A stretch of DNA of 64,000 bases, from assembly GCF_036964145.1 (NCBI RefSeq), contig NZ_JBALUC010000005.1, positions 83,012-147,011 of the forward strand. Direction: 5' to 3'. Position numbers and translations under genes: made by a program. A model generated the notes under the pieces. That model saw only the letters and a program-made list of their open reading frames with translations, made no database searches and was not told where the DNA came from. The stretch's first letter is position 1. Each line of letters begins with the position of its first letter. This document shows positions 9,274 through 20,843 of this stretch, piece by piece. Origin of the DNA: Hyphomonas sp. Lineage in GTDB: Bacteria; Pseudomonadota; Alphaproteobacteria; Caulobacterales; Hyphomonadaceae.

Positions 9274-11844
9274 CTAGTAGTCGTAGGAGACGCGGATCCC
9301 GATCGTGCGCGGGCGCATCGGCGTGATGCGTTCGCGGTCATAAACGAAGCTGCCGCTGAGCTCGGCATATTCATTCGTCAGGTTCGAGGCGAAGATCTCC
9401 GCGCCCCAATTGTCGCCCGTAACGCCCATAGAGCCGCCCAGGGTGACATAGCCATCAAGGTCCATCTTGTTGATCTCGATGACATCGCTGACGGAGTCGT
9501 CGGAGAACACGATCTGCGGCATGACATGCGCGGTGAGGCGCTGACCGGCCACTTCCTGCTCGAGGTCCCATTCATACCGAACCCGCAGATTGCCCTGATA
9601 GGCCGGCGCGAAGGCAAGGTCGGACCCCTCCACGACATCATCTGTCGGAACGAGCACTTCGGTGATTTCCGTATCCAGCAACGAGAACGCGCCCGCAATG
9701 GTCAGGCCGTCAACCGAGGCCGGTGCCCAGGTGAAATCGCCTTCGAGGCCCTGGATCTCGGCATTGGCCGCATTGTCGGAGAAGAACAGATTCACGATCG
9801 AGGGGTCGAAGATTGTGGTCTGCAGACCTTCGATGTCTACGAAGAAAGCCGATCCGTTGAAGCGCAGCGAATTGTCGAACAGTTCGGTTTTCCAGCCGAG
9901 TTCGTAATTCTTCACTTCGTCCGTATCGACCGCATATGGCACTGTGTAGCTGCCTGGGCCGGATGCACCGCCTGGACGGTTCAGCAGGCCGGCACGGAAG
10001 CCTTCGGAATACGTGGCGTAGAACATGACGTCATCGGTTGGCGTCCATTCCCCGGTCATCTTGTAGATCATGCCGTCGGTCGAGGCCTTGTCCGGCGCCT
10101 CTGCAGGACCGTCCGGGCCATAGATGAACGAAATGTTCGTTCCGAAGACCTGCTGGTCGCTTTCCGTGAACAGATTGTAGAAGGACGAATTGGCGCTGCC
10201 TTCCAGATCGACTTCGACATCATAATAGCGCGCACCAACCGTAAGGGCGAACTGATCGGAAATGTCGAACGTCGTTTCCCCGAACAGACCCATCTGCTGA
10301 TCGGTCCGCAGGATATCATTGCGGAAGATCACGCCTTCCGGGAACGGACCGGCATCGCTGTAATAGCCAGGATACACGCTTCCGATCTGACCGACAGCAT
10401 CCACATTTGTCAGTGGATAGTTTGGCGCAAAGCCAATTGTGCCATCCGTATAGGCAACTTGCGTTGAGCCCGGATAGGTAAAGTCGTTGCGCTCCGCCAG
10501 TTCCAGATCGCTGTAGAAGGCGCCGAAGGTGGCGCGCCAGCGATTCTCGCTGGGCGTGTTGAAGCGCAGCTCATGCGTCTGCACCTTCGTCTCACTGTGC
10601 GAATTCACGAACAGGTTCGGCGCATAGCAATTGCCCGTCGGCGCACCGGCCGGATAGGTGACCGAGTAGTCACAGATATAGTAAGGCAGGTACTGGCCGA
10701 CGAAGAGATAGTCGGAATAGTCGACCGTCTGGTCCGTAGTGCGGTCCGTGTACGCGCCTGTATAGAGCGCTTCGAGCGCGCCGAGGCGGCCTTCCAGCGT
10801 CCACGAGGTGTTGTGGAACTTGTCTTCGATGTTCTCAGGCGTGAAGCGGACAATATCGTAATCATCCAGCTCTGGATCGGCGGCGAAGACACCATCGGAT
10901 TCGATCTGCTGCTGAGCATGCGTAATCAGCAGGTCCCAGTCTTCATTGATCTCGTACATGCCGCTCAGGCGGAAGCCCTGATAGGTGACATCATTGATGT
11001 CATTTTCGACAATGTTGCTGTTGTTGGCGTCGATAAAGTTGACGCCGGACAGGTCCGCGCCTGCCTGGAAACCCTCGCGCTGCGCGCTGACTGGAACGCC
11101 ATTGGCCCGAACGGTGCCCTCAGAGCGGAAACGGGCAGAATCCCGAACCGACAGCATGCCACCGACATTGTCGATATAGCCGCCCTGGGTGTCATTATAG
11201 ACGACACCGCGCAGGGCCAGCTTGTCATTGACGGGAACGTTGATCATCGCTTCGACGCTGTTGCTCATCTCGCCGCCATCGGTGAATGATGTCGACGCGC
11301 TGAAACCCGCATCAAAGCCGCTGAAGGATGGCTTGTTCGTGATCATGCGGACCGTACCGGCCTGCGAGCTGGAGCCGAACAGCGTGCCCTGAGGCCCGGA
11401 CAGGACCTCGACGCGCTCGATATCGGCGGCATAGACATCCAAATTCCGGCCCGGCTGGGCCAGCGGCTGTTCGTCGAGATAGAAGCTGACATTTGGCGCG
11501 AGACCGGCGACGCCGGCAACCGTCAGGTTTGGCGTCGTTGAGGCGAGGCCGCGAATATAGATCGTGTTCTGGCCGGGGCCGGATCCGCCTGCCGTGACCC
11601 CCGGCAGCTGGACCAGATAATCGGAGAAATTCTTCACGCCGAGTTCGCGGAGCTGCTGTTCGCCAAGTGCCGTAACAGCAACCGGCACGTCCTGCGCGCT
11701 TTCTGTCCGCTTGGTGGCGGTAATGGTCACCGTTTGAAGGCGTTTTGCGCTTGCCGGCTCCGCCGGAGCGTCCTGCGCCAGAGCAAGCGGCGCAACGAGT
11801 CCGGCCATCGCAATCAGCGAGGCCCCGTACTTGAGTTTGTTCAT
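9274..11844 (-). CDS. TonB-dependent outer-membrane receptor
   Basis: Signal peptide, TonB box (TVTITATKR), plug (IERVEVLSGPQGTLFG), C-terminal PRTIGIRVSYDY. Confidence 0.95.
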   Translation of the reverse strand: MNKLKYGASLIAMAGLVAPLALAQDAPAEPASAKRLQTVTITATKRTESAQDVPVAVTALGEQQLRELGVKNFSDYLVQLPGVTAGGSGPGQNTIYIRGLASTTPNLTVAGVAGLAPNVSFYLDEQPLAQPGRNLDVYAADIERVEVLSGPQGTLFGSSSQAGTVRMITNKPSFSGFDAGFSASTSFTDGGEMSNSVEAMINVPVNDKLALRGVVYNDTQGGYIDNVGGMLSVRDSARFRSEGTVRANGVPVSAQREGFQAGADLSGVNFIDANNSNIVENDINDVTYQGFRLSGMYEINEDWDLLITHAQQQIESDGVFAADPELDDYDIVRFTPENIEDKFHNTSWTLEGRLGALEALYTGAYTDRTTDQTVDYSDYLFVGQYLPYYICDYSVTYPAGAPTGNCYAPNLFVNSHSETKVQTHELRFNTPSENRWRATFGAFYSDLELAERNDFTYPGSTQVAYTDGTIGFAPNYPLTNVDAVGQIGSVYPGYYSDAGPFPEGVIFRNDILRTDQQMGLFGETTFDISDQFALTVGARYYDVEVDLEGSANSSFYNLFTESDQQVFGTNISFIYGPDGPAEAPDKASTDGMIYKMTGEWTPTDDVMFYATYSEGFRAGLLNRPGGASGPGSYTVPYAVDTDEVKNYELGWKTELFDNSLRFNGSAFFVDIEGLQTTIFDPSIVNLFFSDNAANAEIQGLEGDFTWAPASVDGLTIAGAFSLLDTEITEVLVPTDDVVEGSDLAFAPAYQGNLRVRYEWDLEQEVAGQRLTAHVMPQIVFSDDSVSDVIEINKMDLDGYVTLGGSMGVTGDNWGAEIFASNLTNEYAELSGSFVYDRERITPMRPRTIGIRVSYDY

Positions 11845-12096
11845 AGGTCTTCCCTTTGGGTCGTCTCCAGCCATGGCGCGCCAGGAATTGCGGCGCAGCT
11901 CGGAACTAATGGCTGCTCGATGCGTCCGGCCTACTAGGTTATTTCGATCATAGAAAGGTTTTGCCCGGTCATTGAACTGTCACGCACGCCAAACTCGTAG
12001 AATGTGTTGCATCAAGAGCGCACTTCTTGCTTCGGACGCGCAGATTTCCTCAGATCAATGCTTTGATAATCGACGGATTTGCGGCAGAAGCCCGGC

Positions 12097-13731
12097 ATGG
12101 ACACAGATACTTCCGACACGCCTTCTGCCCTTATCACCGAGGATGAAGAGGCTCTTTTCGTATACGAAACCGACTACGAAATCGGACAGGACAATATCGA
12201 AGTCGCCGGGCTCAACATTCATAATCCGGTCTTTTTCCTGAGCGCGGGCCTGATCATTGTCTTTTCAGGCATCAGCCTCCTGTTTCCGCACATTTCTTCC
12301 GAATACCTGACCGCCGCCCGCACATGGACACTGCAAAGCGCGGACTGGCTCTTCGCCCTGACGGCTGTCCTCGTCTTCTTCTTCTGCATCGCCCTGACCA
12401 TCAGTCCGCTCGGCAAGATCCGGCTGGGCGGGCCGACGGCGACACCGGATTTCACCATCATGTCCTGGGTGGCCATGCTGTTCGCCGCAGGCGTAGGCGT
12501 CGGATTCATGTTCTATGGCGCGGCTGAGCCGCTCGCCTATTATACTGACTGGTACGGCATGCCGCTGGATGCCGACCCCCTTTCAGCCGAAGCGGAACGC
12601 CTTGCCTATAGCGCAACCATCTTCCATTGGGGCCTCGCCCCCTGGGCTATCTATGCCATTGTCGGTCTCGCGCTCGGTTTCTTTGCCCACAATAAAGGCC
12701 TGCCGCTCAGCATCCGGTCGGCCTTCTATCCCCTTCTGGGAGAGCGCGTCTGGGGCTGGCCGGGACACATCATCGACCTGTTCGCCGTCGTCTCGACGGT
12801 TTTCGGGCTCGCCACGACAATTGGGATCGGGGCCACGCAGGCCACCAGCGGCCTCGCCTATCTGCTCGGCTTCGAACCGAATGTGGGCATCCAGATCCTG
12901 CTGATCGCCGTGATGACAGGGCTTGCGGTCCTGTCCGTGCTGCGCGGCCTGGATGGCGGCGTGAAGCTGCTCAGCAATATCAATATGGGCATCGCTTTTG
13001 CCCTCTTGCTGTTCGTGATCATTGCCGGCCCGACCATCCTGATCTTTACCGGGATGGGCGAAAACCTTCTCGCCTACATGACCGACACACCGGCGCTGAC
13101 CAATTGGGTGCGCCGTACCGACATCGCCTGGTTCCATGACTGGACCATTTTCTACTGGGCCTGGTGGATTTCCTGGTCGCCTTTCGTCGGCATGTTCATT
13201 GCGCGCATCTCGAAGGGCCGGACGGTCCGGGAGTATTTCGCGGTCGTCCTGTTTGCGCCTGTCACCATCGGCATCATCTGGTTCACGGCATTCGGAAAGA
13301 CAGCGATCGCCCAGTTCAAGACCGGCGAGGGCGAACTCGGCGAGGGCATGAGCAGCGCCTCGCTTGTCCTGTTCCAGATGCTCGCCGATCTGCCGCTTTC
13401 CGCCATCACATCCACGGCGGCCATTCTGCTTCTGGTCGTGTTCATCGTGACCTCGGCCGATTCCGGCGCATTGGTCGTCGACACGATCACCAGCGGAGGC
13501 AAGACCGATTCTCCCCGCCGCCAGCGTGTGTTCTGGGCCTGCCTGATCGGCCTGACGGCTTCGGCCCTGCTCTATGGCGGCGGCACAGACGTGCTGCAGT
13601 CGCTACAAGCGGGCACGATCACCGCCGCCCTGCCCTTCACGCTGATCCTGCTGACCTGTTGCCTCAGCCTCTATATTGGCATGCGGGACGAATATCGCAG
13701 CATGAATGAGAGCGACGCCACCGGGCTTTAG
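12097..13731 (+). CDS. BCCT family (betaine/choline/carnitine) transporter
   Basis: SWVAMLFAAGVGVG, FHWGLAPW, WTIFYWAWWISWSPFVGMFIARISKGRT signature. Confidence 0.95.
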   Translation: MDTDTSDTPSALITEDEEALFVYETDYEIGQDNIEVAGLNIHNPVFFLSAGLIIVFSGISLLFPHISSEYLTAARTWTLQSADWLFALTAVLVFFFCIALTISPLGKIRLGGPTATPDFTIMSWVAMLFAAGVGVGFMFYGAAEPLAYYTDWYGMPLDADPLSAEAERLAYSATIFHWGLAPWAIYAIVGLALGFFAHNKGLPLSIRSAFYPLLGERVWGWPGHIIDLFAVVSTVFGLATTIGIGATQATSGLAYLLGFEPNVGIQILLIAVMTGLAVLSVLRGLDGGVKLLSNINMGIAFALLLFVIIAGPTILIFTGMGENLLAYMTDTPALTNWVRRTDIAWFHDWTIFYWAWWISWSPFVGMFIARISKGRTVREYFAVVLFAPVTIGIIWFTAFGKTAIAQFKTGEGELGEGMSSASLVLFQMLADLPLSAITSTAAILLLVVFIVTSADSGALVVDTITSGGKTDSPRRQRVFWACLIGLTASALLYGGGTDVLQSLQAGTITAALPFTLILLTCCLSLYIGMRDEYRSMNESDATGL

Positions 13732-13808
13732 ACCAGTCATGGCATCATACGCCACGTGCTCTAGGGGCGCGGATCAGGTCTGTTTTGGGAACAAATCAAG
13801 GGAAGAGA

Positions 13809-13885
13809 TGGCACACCCGGAGCGATTCGAACGCCCGACCCCCAGATTCGTAGTCTGGTGCTCTATCCAGCTGAGCTACGGGTGC
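13809..13885 (-). tRNA. tRNA-Arg(ACG)
   Basis: Reverse complement GCACCCGTAGCTCAGCTGGATAGAGCACCAGACTACGAATCTGGGGGTCGGGCGTTCGAATCGCTCCGGGTGTGCCA. Confidence 0.97.
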
Positions 13886-13953
13886 CTGCCTTGATGAAGG
13901 CGGACACATACAGTGAGGAATCGGGGGATGCAAGCCTGTTTGCCACGGAACTG

Positions 13954-14907
13954 TCATTCCTCTGCAGTGGGCTTTCCAGCAACCGGCGCAATGCCCGTAA
14001 CCGTGCTGATCCAGCCTGAATATGCACTGACCCGCATATAGATTCCGGGGCTGTCCGGACGGGCACATCCCAGCCCCCAACTGACCACTCCGATCTGGAC
14101 AGGACCGTCCTCATAATTGCGGAGCATGAGGGGGCCGCCGCTGTCCCCCTGGCACGAATCCACGCCGCCCGCGCCAGCACAAATCTGCGTCGCCGGATCG
14201 ACCGCCACCCCGGCAAGATCATCCTCAAGTCCATAATCCGCGATGCGGGCAGCAGTCTGCTTCTGGCAATCCTCCACGTCGACCAACGGCACATACCCCT
14301 CTTGCAGGATCAGGCTCGGCGCCGTCACGTGGCGTCCGGTACGGCTCGTCCCGTCTTCGCTCTGCGCGGTCTCGCCGATTTTGCCATATCCGGCCACCAG
14401 CGTGTCAGCATAGGATCCGGTCGTATCGACCGCCCCCGCCGTCAGCCCCTCCAGTGGCGCGACCTCCCCATCCCAGCGACCTTCGATGCGCAACAGCGCC
14501 AGATCATGTCCCCGCTCAGGATTGCCGGAATCATAGTCCGGATGCAGGACAACCTCGGACACAGGGAACAGGGCCCTGGAAGGAACATCCATCAGGGAGC
14601 CGCGACCAATGGCAAGCCCGACAGGGCCAAACCGCTCCATCGTCCGTCCCGTCGCATCGGGGAAATACTGCGCAGCGCGCCCATTGCTCTCGACGCGGAT
14701 GCCTTCAACGCAATGTCCGGCTGTGATCGCCCATTCCGGAGAAATCATGGTCGCGCCACACTCGTGATAGACCGACCGGCCTTGCAGCGCCTGTAGTGAG
14801 GCCATGCCCGGCCAATCCGCCGGGTCTGCATCTTCGCCGCCGACCACACAGGCCGTGGCAAGCGCCAACAGCCCCGCACCGAGTCCAATTTTCCACCCCA
14901 GCCCCAT
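13954..14907 (-). CDS. Trypsin-like (S1) serine protease, lipoprotein
   Basis: [32 protein letters not shown] catalytic triad; lipobox LATAC. Confidence 0.93.
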   Translation of the reverse strand: MGLGWKIGLGAGLLALATACVVGGEDADPADWPGMASLQALQGRSVYHECGATMISPEWAITAGHCVEGIRVESNGRAAQYFPDATGRTMERFGPVGLAIGRGSLMDVPSRALFPVSEVVLHPDYDSGNPERGHDLALLRIEGRWDGEVAPLEGLTAGAVDTTGSYADTLVAGYGKIGETAQSEDGTSRTGRHVTAPSLILQEGYVPLVDVEDCQKQTAARIADYGLEDDLAGVAVDPATQICAGAGGVDSCQGDSGGPLMLRNYEDGPVQIGVVSWGLGCARPDSPGIYMRVSAYSGWISTVTGIAPVAGKPTAEE

Positions 14908-14918
14908 ATCGTCCCCCG

Positions 14919-15899
14919 TCAGCGATTGGCTTCAAACACGCCCCGTGCGATTGCCCGGGAAAGCGTGGAGGCCGCCAATTCTCCGATCCTTGCGACAAGT
15001 ATGGCACGCTTCTCCTGCGAGGCAATCCGGCCCGACGACATCACGAAAAGTGCGTCCCCGTCAAAGGGTGCGAAGACAGGCCGGATGGCGCGGGAGAAGC
15101 CGGACAAGGCCATCTGCGCGACCCGCTTGGCTTCACTGGCCGTCAGGATGACGTCTGTGGCAACGCAGGCAATTGTCGTGTTCTGACCGAGCGCTGGATT
15201 GGCCTTGGCGGCCCCCCAATCCTCGGCGTCGGCAGCATAATCTTCCGGCGGGCGCTTGCCGCCGAATTCGCCATCGACCTCGAAGGGCCAGGCCCAGAAA
15301 GCGTCCGTTCCGGGCATGTAAGCCGACCCGAAACAGTTCACACCCGCAAGTGCCCCGACCGTGATGCCGTCATGCGTCACGATGCTGGCAGAACCCGTCC
15401 CGCCGGCAAAGGCCCCTGCCCGGGCGCCATAGCCCGCGCCCGTCCGGCCAAGCGGCACATCCGTTCCACGCGCGCGATAAGCGGTGAGACCAAGCGCCGC
15501 ATAAGGAGAGACGTCGCCCCAGGATTTATCGCCACCATTGGCGAGGTCGTAGAGGATCGCCGCAGGCACAATGGGCGTCCGCGGCACGCTGGTCAGGGGG
15601 ACGAGCGCAAAGCCTCGGCCTTCCTGTTTCAGCCCGGATGCGACACCGTCCGCAGCCGCCAGCCCAAAGGCGCTACCGCCTGACAGGCAGATGGCATCGA
15701 TGCCATCGACCAGCATGCCGGCAGACAGGAGGTCCGTTTCGCGCGTACCCGGTCCCCCACCGGAGACGGCCACAGCTGCAATCGCTGGCGCGTCCGGCAC
15801 AATCACGCTGACGCCTGTGCGGACGCTGGCATCCTCTGCCTGCCCAACCTTTATGCCCGGCACGTCGGCAATGGTGTTTCTTGCGCCTGGTTTCGCCAT
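14919..15899 (-). CDS. P1/S58 family peptidase (DmpA-like)
   Basis: [45 protein letters not shown]. Confidence 0.88.
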   Translation of the reverse strand: MAKPGARNTIADVPGIKVGQAEDASVRTGVSVIVPDAPAIAAVAVSGGGPGTRETDLLSAGMLVDGIDAICLSGGSAFGLAAADGVASGLKQEGRGFALVPLTSVPRTPIVPAAILYDLANGGDKSWGDVSPYAALGLTAYRARGTDVPLGRTGAGYGARAGAFAGGTGSASIVTHDGITVGALAGVNCFGSAYMPGTDAFWAWPFEVDGEFGGKRPPEDYAADAEDWGAAKANPALGQNTTIACVATDVILTASEAKRVAQMALSGFSRAIRPVFAPFDGDALFVMSSGRIASQEKRAILVARIGELAASTLSRAIARGVFEANR

Positions 15900-15979
15900 A
15901 AGCTGTCGCCCTACCTTTCCCTCATGAGGGATGTTTCATAAGGTCTGCCGCAACACACGCCAAGCCGAAGGGGCACCTT

Positions 15980-17803
15980 ATGAGACGTTTGCCGATTCTC
16001 CTCACCTGTATTGGACTCTCCGCCTGCGCGCCGGGCGGCGATGGCCAGTTCAATGCAACCGAAGAGGCTAGACGAGCGGCCGAAGCCGCCGAGCAGGCCA
16101 GATCAGCCGAAGAAGGTGTGGCTGAGGTCGACCAGCCAGCCCAAGAGGCCTGGACCAAGGGCGCCATGGTCGCCGCAGCAGACCCACGGGCCGTCGAGGC
16201 CGGTCTCGAGATGTTGCGTCAGGGCGGATCAGCGATTGATGCGGCCATCGCGGTGCATTCCGTACTGGGTCTCGTCGAGCCGCAAAGCTCCGGCCTCGGC
16301 GGTGGGGCCTTCATGGTCTATTACGACCATGCCAGCGATGAGATCACGGTCTTCGATGGCCGGGAAGTTGCGCCCGCCTCCACCACGCCCGACCATTTCA
16401 TGAAGGATGGCAAGCCACTGGGCTTCCTCGAAGCCTGGCAGTCCGGCAAGGCCGTCGGCGTGCCGGGCCAAATTGCCCTCTACAAGACGTCTCACGAGGC
16501 CGCCGGCAAACTCGATTGGGAAACCCTGTTCCAGCCCGCCATCAAGCTGGCCGAAGACGGGTTCGAAGTTTCGCCGCGCCTTGCCGAGCTTCTGGCAAAT
16601 CCGCGCCTGCGCGGTGTGGTGCGGCTGGACGATCTGGCCGTGTCCTCTGAATATTTCTATCCGGGCGGCGAACCGCTTCCCGCAGGCTTCAACCGGACCA
16701 ATCCGGACTATGCGGCCACGCTGACAGCCATCGCGGCGGAAGGGCCTTCCGCTTTTTATGAAGGCGAAATCGCGCAGGCGATTGTTGATGCCGTGAATAG
16801 TGATGCGACGCCCGGCAATATGAGCCTTGAGGATCTCTCCGCGTATTCGGTGAAAATCCGCCCTGCCCTGTGCGGTGATCGGGCGGATGGCTACCGCATC
16901 TGTTCTGCCCCGCCCCCCTCTTCCGGCGGCGTGACGCAGAACATGATCATGGGACTTTACGACCTGCTTGAGCCAACGACTGAGGCCGATATGACCGAAG
17001 AGGGCTATTTGAAGGCCTTTGTTGACGCCCAGCGTCTCACCTATGCCGACCGGGACCATTATGTTGCGGACGCCGACTTCGTGCCGGTGCCGTCAAAGGA
17101 TCTGATCAACCCGGCCTATCTCCGCGTCCGCGCAAAAGAAGCCTTCGCCCCCGATGCGGCGAGCTTCCCCGGCGATCCGGGGGTTGCGCTTGGCCGCGAT
17201 CCGATCCGCCCGCTCTGGGGTGAGGACGCCACCGAGCATGCGCCGGGCACGACGCATATCTCGATCGTGGATACAGAAGGCAACGCGGTCTCCATGACCG
17301 CGACAGTCGAAGCGGCCTTCGGCACCTCCCTCATGGTGCACGGCTTCATGCTAAACAATGAGCTGACGGACTTTTCGCGCGAGCCCACCAAGGGTACCAA
17401 GCCGGTGGCCAATGCGCCCGGCCCGCTGAAACGCCCTCGCAGCTCGATGTCGCCCACCATCGTTTTTGATCCTGACGGCGATCTGTTCATGGTCACCGGC
17501 TCGCCGGGCGGCAATTCCATCGTGGCCTATGTCTCAAAGACTCTGGTCGGAGTGCTGGAATGGGGCAAGACGGCACAGGAAGCGATCAATCTGCCGAACA
17601 TCATCGCGCGCGGGGACACTGTCGGGGTCGAGATCGACGTGCCGGGCGGTATGGAAGCCGCCGACGCCTTACGCGAAATGGGCTATGATGTGGAAGAACG
17701 AGAGGGCGAAAATTCCGGTCTGCACGTCATCATCGTGCGGGAAGACGGCCTCGAAGGCGGCGCCGACCCACGCCGGGAAGGGGTTGCGAAGCCTCTGGAA
17801 TAG
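15980..17803 (+). CDS. ggt: Gamma-glutamyltransferase
   Basis: VEPQSSGLGGG, PPPSSGG, catalytic GTTHISIVD, RPRSSMSP, GSPGG. Confidence 0.95.
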   Translation: MRRLPILLTCIGLSACAPGGDGQFNATEEARRAAEAAEQARSAEEGVAEVDQPAQEAWTKGAMVAAADPRAVEAGLEMLRQGGSAIDAAIAVHSVLGLVEPQSSGLGGGAFMVYYDHASDEITVFDGREVAPASTTPDHFMKDGKPLGFLEAWQSGKAVGVPGQIALYKTSHEAAGKLDWETLFQPAIKLAEDGFEVSPRLAELLANPRLRGVVRLDDLAVSSEYFYPGGEPLPAGFNRTNPDYAATLTAIAAEGPSAFYEGEIAQAIVDAVNSDATPGNMSLEDLSAYSVKIRPALCGDRADGYRICSAPPPSSGGVTQNMIMGLYDLLEPTTEADMTEEGYLKAFVDAQRLTYADRDHYVADADFVPVPSKDLINPAYLRVRAKEAFAPDAASFPGDPGVALGRDPIRPLWGEDATEHAPGTTHISIVDTEGNAVSMTATVEAAFGTSLMVHGFMLNNELTDFSREPTKGTKPVANAPGPLKRPRSSMSPTIVFDPDGDLFMVTGSPGGNSIVAYVSKTLVGVLEWGKTAQEAINLPNIIARGDTVGVEIDVPGGMEAADALREMGYDVEEREGENSGLHVIIVREDGLEGGADPRREGVAKPLE

Positions 17804-17808
17804 GTCTC

Positions 17809-18408
17809 ATGGCCAAGCTCTATTTTTCCTATGCCGCCATGAATGCGGGCAAATCGACGATCCTGCTGCAAGCGGCCCACAATTATCGCGAGCGGGGGAT
17901 GGAGGTCCTGTTGCTGACCTCCGCCCTCTACAAGGATGACGCGGACGGGCACATCTCTTCCCGGATCGGGATTGGCGCTGATGCCATTCTCTATACGGAG
18001 AAGACAGATTTGTACGCCCTCGTCAGCGACGCGATCAGCAATCACAAGATCAGCGCCGTTTTCGTGGATGAAGCCCAGTTTCTGACCAACGGACAGGCCT
18101 GGCAACTGGCCCGCATCGCAGATCATCTGAACGTGCCGGTGCTGTCCTATGGCCTGCGCACCGATTTCCGGGGCGAATTGTTCCAGGGCTCAGCGGCCCT
18201 GCTGGCCATCGCCGACTCCTTGCGCGAAATCCGGACGATCTGCGAATGCGGTCGCAAGGCCACGATGGTAGTAAGGCTGGGCCCGGACGGTAAAGCCCTG
18301 ACCGAAGGCGAACAGGTCAGCATCGCGAAGGCGACCTATCTGTCCCTTTGCCGGCGTCATTGGGAGGAGCGGATGGGCCGCTTCCCCCCCGCCCCTGTGT
18401 CAGGGTGA
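17809..18408 (+). CDS. tdk: Thymidine kinase
   Basis: AAMNAGKST P-loop, VDEAQF, YGLRTDF, Zn motifs CECG and CRRH. Confidence 0.96.
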   Translation: MAKLYFSYAAMNAGKSTILLQAAHNYRERGMEVLLLTSALYKDDADGHISSRIGIGADAILYTEKTDLYALVSDAISNHKISAVFVDEAQFLTNGQAWQLARIADHLNVPVLSYGLRTDFRGELFQGSAALLAIADSLREIRTICECGRKATMVVRLGPDGKALTEGEQVSIAKATYLSLCRRHWEERMGRFPPAPVSG

Positions 18409-19572
18409 CAGTTCCGCCGTCAGGGCGTCGGCCAGCAGCCGCCCTTTCGCGGTAAGAGCGATCCGCGACCCGTCCTGCACCATCCAGCCTTCATCGACGA
18501 ACACATCGATCTTCGCCTGCGGCAGCGCTCGGTCAGCCACGGTTTCGATCCGACGTCGGTCTATTCCGGTGGCCGGCCTCAATCCCATCGCCAGCAATTC
18601 CCGCGCATTGTCGATTGGATAGAGCTTTGAGGCATCGGACCAGCCCGACGCCAGCGCCTGCACATTCGCGATATAGGCAGCCGGCTGGCGCTCCGCTTCC
18701 GACGCATACCGGTTGCCGCCCACGCTGAGCCGCCCGTGCGCGCCTGGACCCACCCCGATCCAGTCCCCGCCATTCCAGTATGTCTTGTTATGCCGGGACT
18801 GGTACGCCTCGGACACGGCATGATTGGACACTTCATAAGCGGGCAGGCCGGCAGACGACAGCACATCCTGCGTCAGCTCATACAAATCGGCCTGGTCGTC
18901 ATCTTCCATCGGCGTCATCTGGCCCCGGGCCGCCGCCTTGCCGAACGCGGTCCGTTCCTCAATGGTCAATTCGTACAAGGATATATGCGGCGCGCCAAAA
19001 TCCAGAATTTCTTCCAACTCGGCCTGCCACTCATCATGTGACTGGCCGGGGCGGGCATAGATCAGGTCGATTGAACTGTTCCGGAACACTTTCATCGCGC
19101 GCGTCATGGCCATGCGTGCGATTTCGCTGTCATGGTCGCGGCCAAGGAAGGCCAGGGCGTGGTCCCGAAGAGACTGCACACCGATGGACAAGCGGTTGAC
19201 ACCAGCCGCCTTCAGCCCTTCCAGATCCATCCGCAGGATGTCGTTCGGATTGGCTTCGAGGGTGATCTCGGCGTCCGGCTTCAGGCCAAAGCTGTTCTCT
19301 GCGGCGGTCACAAGGCCCGCAATGTCGTCTGGTGCCAGCAGGGATGGCGTCCCGCCCCCCAGATAGAGACTGTCGGCCTTGCCATGCTCCGGCATGCGCG
19401 GGCGGTGGATCTCGAGATCCTTCCGGATGGCGCTGAGCAGAGGGGAATTGTCCCGATCCTTGGCGGCATACACATTGAAGTCGCAGTAAGGGCAGATCTT
19501 CGTACAGTACGGCCAGTGGACGTAGATGCCAAATCCATATTCCGGACCGAAAGGGTTGGGCGCCTGACTCAT
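18400..19572 (-). CDS. hemW: Radical SAM heme chaperone HemW
   Basis: [38 protein letters not shown]; coupled to rdgB. Confidence 0.93.
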   Translation of the reverse strand: MSQAPNPFGPEYGFGIYVHWPYCTKICPYCDFNVYAAKDRDNSPLLSAIRKDLEIHRPRMPEHGKADSLYLGGGTPSLLAPDDIAGLVTAAENSFGLKPDAEITLEANPNDILRMDLEGLKAAGVNRLSIGVQSLRDHALAFLGRDHDSEIARMAMTRAMKVFRNSSIDLIYARPGQSHDEWQAELEEILDFGAPHISLYELTIEERTAFGKAAARGQMTPMEDDDQADLYELTQDVLSSAGLPAYEVSNHAVSEAYQSRHNKTYWNGGDWIGVGPGAHGRLSVGGNRYASEAERQPAAYIANVQALASGWSDASKLYPIDNARELLAMGLRPATGIDRRRIETVADRALPQAKIDVFVDEGWMVQDGSRIALTAKGRLLADALTAELSP

Positions 19573-20171
19573 GAAAGCAGCGCGGCTTTCAGCTTGGCGA
19601 CAGCATTCGCGCGGTGGCTCATGGCGTGCTTCCGCTGCGGCTCCATCTCTCCGAATGTGATGGATTCGCCATCTGCAATAAAAACCGGATCATAGCCGAA
19701 CCCCTTGTCGCCACGCGGCGGCCAGGTCAGTTCACCATGCACTTCCCCCTCGAAGACTTCGGCATGACCATCCGGCCAGACCACGGCCAGCGCGCAGACG
19801 AATTTGGCTGACCGGTCGGCGGTGCCAATGTCATCCAGCTCACGCTGGACCTTCTCCATGGCGCGGCTGAAATCGCGCGGCTGTCCCGCCCATCGGGCGG
19901 AGTAGATGCCGGGCGCGCCGCCCAAAGCTGTAACAGACAGGCCAGAATCGTCCGATAAGGCCGGGGCGCCGGTGGCCTCGGCCGCCGCGCGCGCCTTGAG
20001 AATGGCATTGCCGGCAAAGGTGGCTTCAGTCTCTTCCGGTTCGGGCAGATCCAGTTCAATGGCCGAGACAACATCAAAGCCGAGCGGCTCGAACAGATCC
20101 TTCAGTTCCGACACCTTGCCCTGATTATGGGTCGCTGCGACCAGCCGCCCGGGCGAGAGCCTTCGAATCAT
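19569..20171 (-). CDS. rdgB: Non-canonical purine NTP pyrophosphatase
   Basis: [33 protein letters not shown]. Confidence 0.96.
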   Translation of the reverse strand: MIRRLSPGRLVAATHNQGKVSELKDLFEPLGFDVVSAIELDLPEPEETEATFAGNAILKARAAAEATGAPALSDDSGLSVTALGGAPGIYSARWAGQPRDFSRAMEKVQRELDDIGTADRSAKFVCALAVVWPDGHAEVFEGEVHGELTWPPRGDKGFGYDPVFIADGESITFGEMEPQRKHAMSHRANAVAKLKAALLS

Positions 20172-20310
20172 GCTAATTTCACCCATTCTGTAATGGCCCT
20201 ATTCTTGCTTTTGTCAGTAATGTATATATCGTTATTCGGTAAGCCCTGCGTCTTTAGCGATAAAGTTAACGGGGTCCAAGTCAACAAGGCCGGAAGGTAG
20301 ATAGAGACGC

Positions 20311-20832
20311 ATGAGTACAAACGCGGGAAATTCCATGGCCGCCATCATGACCGTGCTGGTGACGATTGTCATGTGGATGACTGCCCTCATCGGCGCAATC
20401 GTTATCCTCGCAGGCGGGGTGGAATTAATTTCCATGCTGTCCGGCAATCCGATCAGCATCGGCGCCGTCAAGATCGACGACCATGATATCACCCTTCAGG
20501 AGCTCAGCGCTGGCCTGCTGGGCGCCATCGTGGTCGTCGCAGCCGTCATTTTCGTCTGCCTTGAACTGCGCAAGATCCTGGCAACGCTCACGGCTGGCGA
20601 CCCTTTCGTACCGGATAATGCCGTCCGATTGACGCGAATCGCCATCGCGATTGCGGTGACGCAATTGATGCGCTACGCGATCGCGCTGGTAATTGGACTG
20701 TCCGTCGAAGGGGCCAAGATACAACTCTCCTTCGACCTTATCGCATGGGCATCGGTTGCGGCGCTCTTCATCCTGTCCCAAGTCTTCCGGGAGGGCACAC
20801 GCCTTCGCGACGAAGAAAAAATGACCATATAG
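20311..20832 (+). CDS. DUF2975-like membrane protein
   Basis: Four TM helices, GDPF..NA.RL, C-terminal VFREG..L.DE...TI directly before an XRE gene. Confidence 0.85.
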   Translation: MSTNAGNSMAAIMTVLVTIVMWMTALIGAIVILAGGVELISMLSGNPISIGAVKIDDHDITLQELSAGLLGAIVVVAAVIFVCLELRKILATLTAGDPFVPDNAVRLTRIAIAIAVTQLMRYAIALVIGLSVEGAKIQLSFDLIAWASVAALFILSQVFREGTRLRDEEKMTI

Positions 20833-20843
20833 GAGCACAGGAT

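Noticed and set aside
6603-13885. Integrated element with att duplication at the tRNA-Arg genes
   Set aside because: No integrase and no direct repeat of either tRNA 3' end seen; composition similar to flanks. Kept only as a gene-cluster finding.
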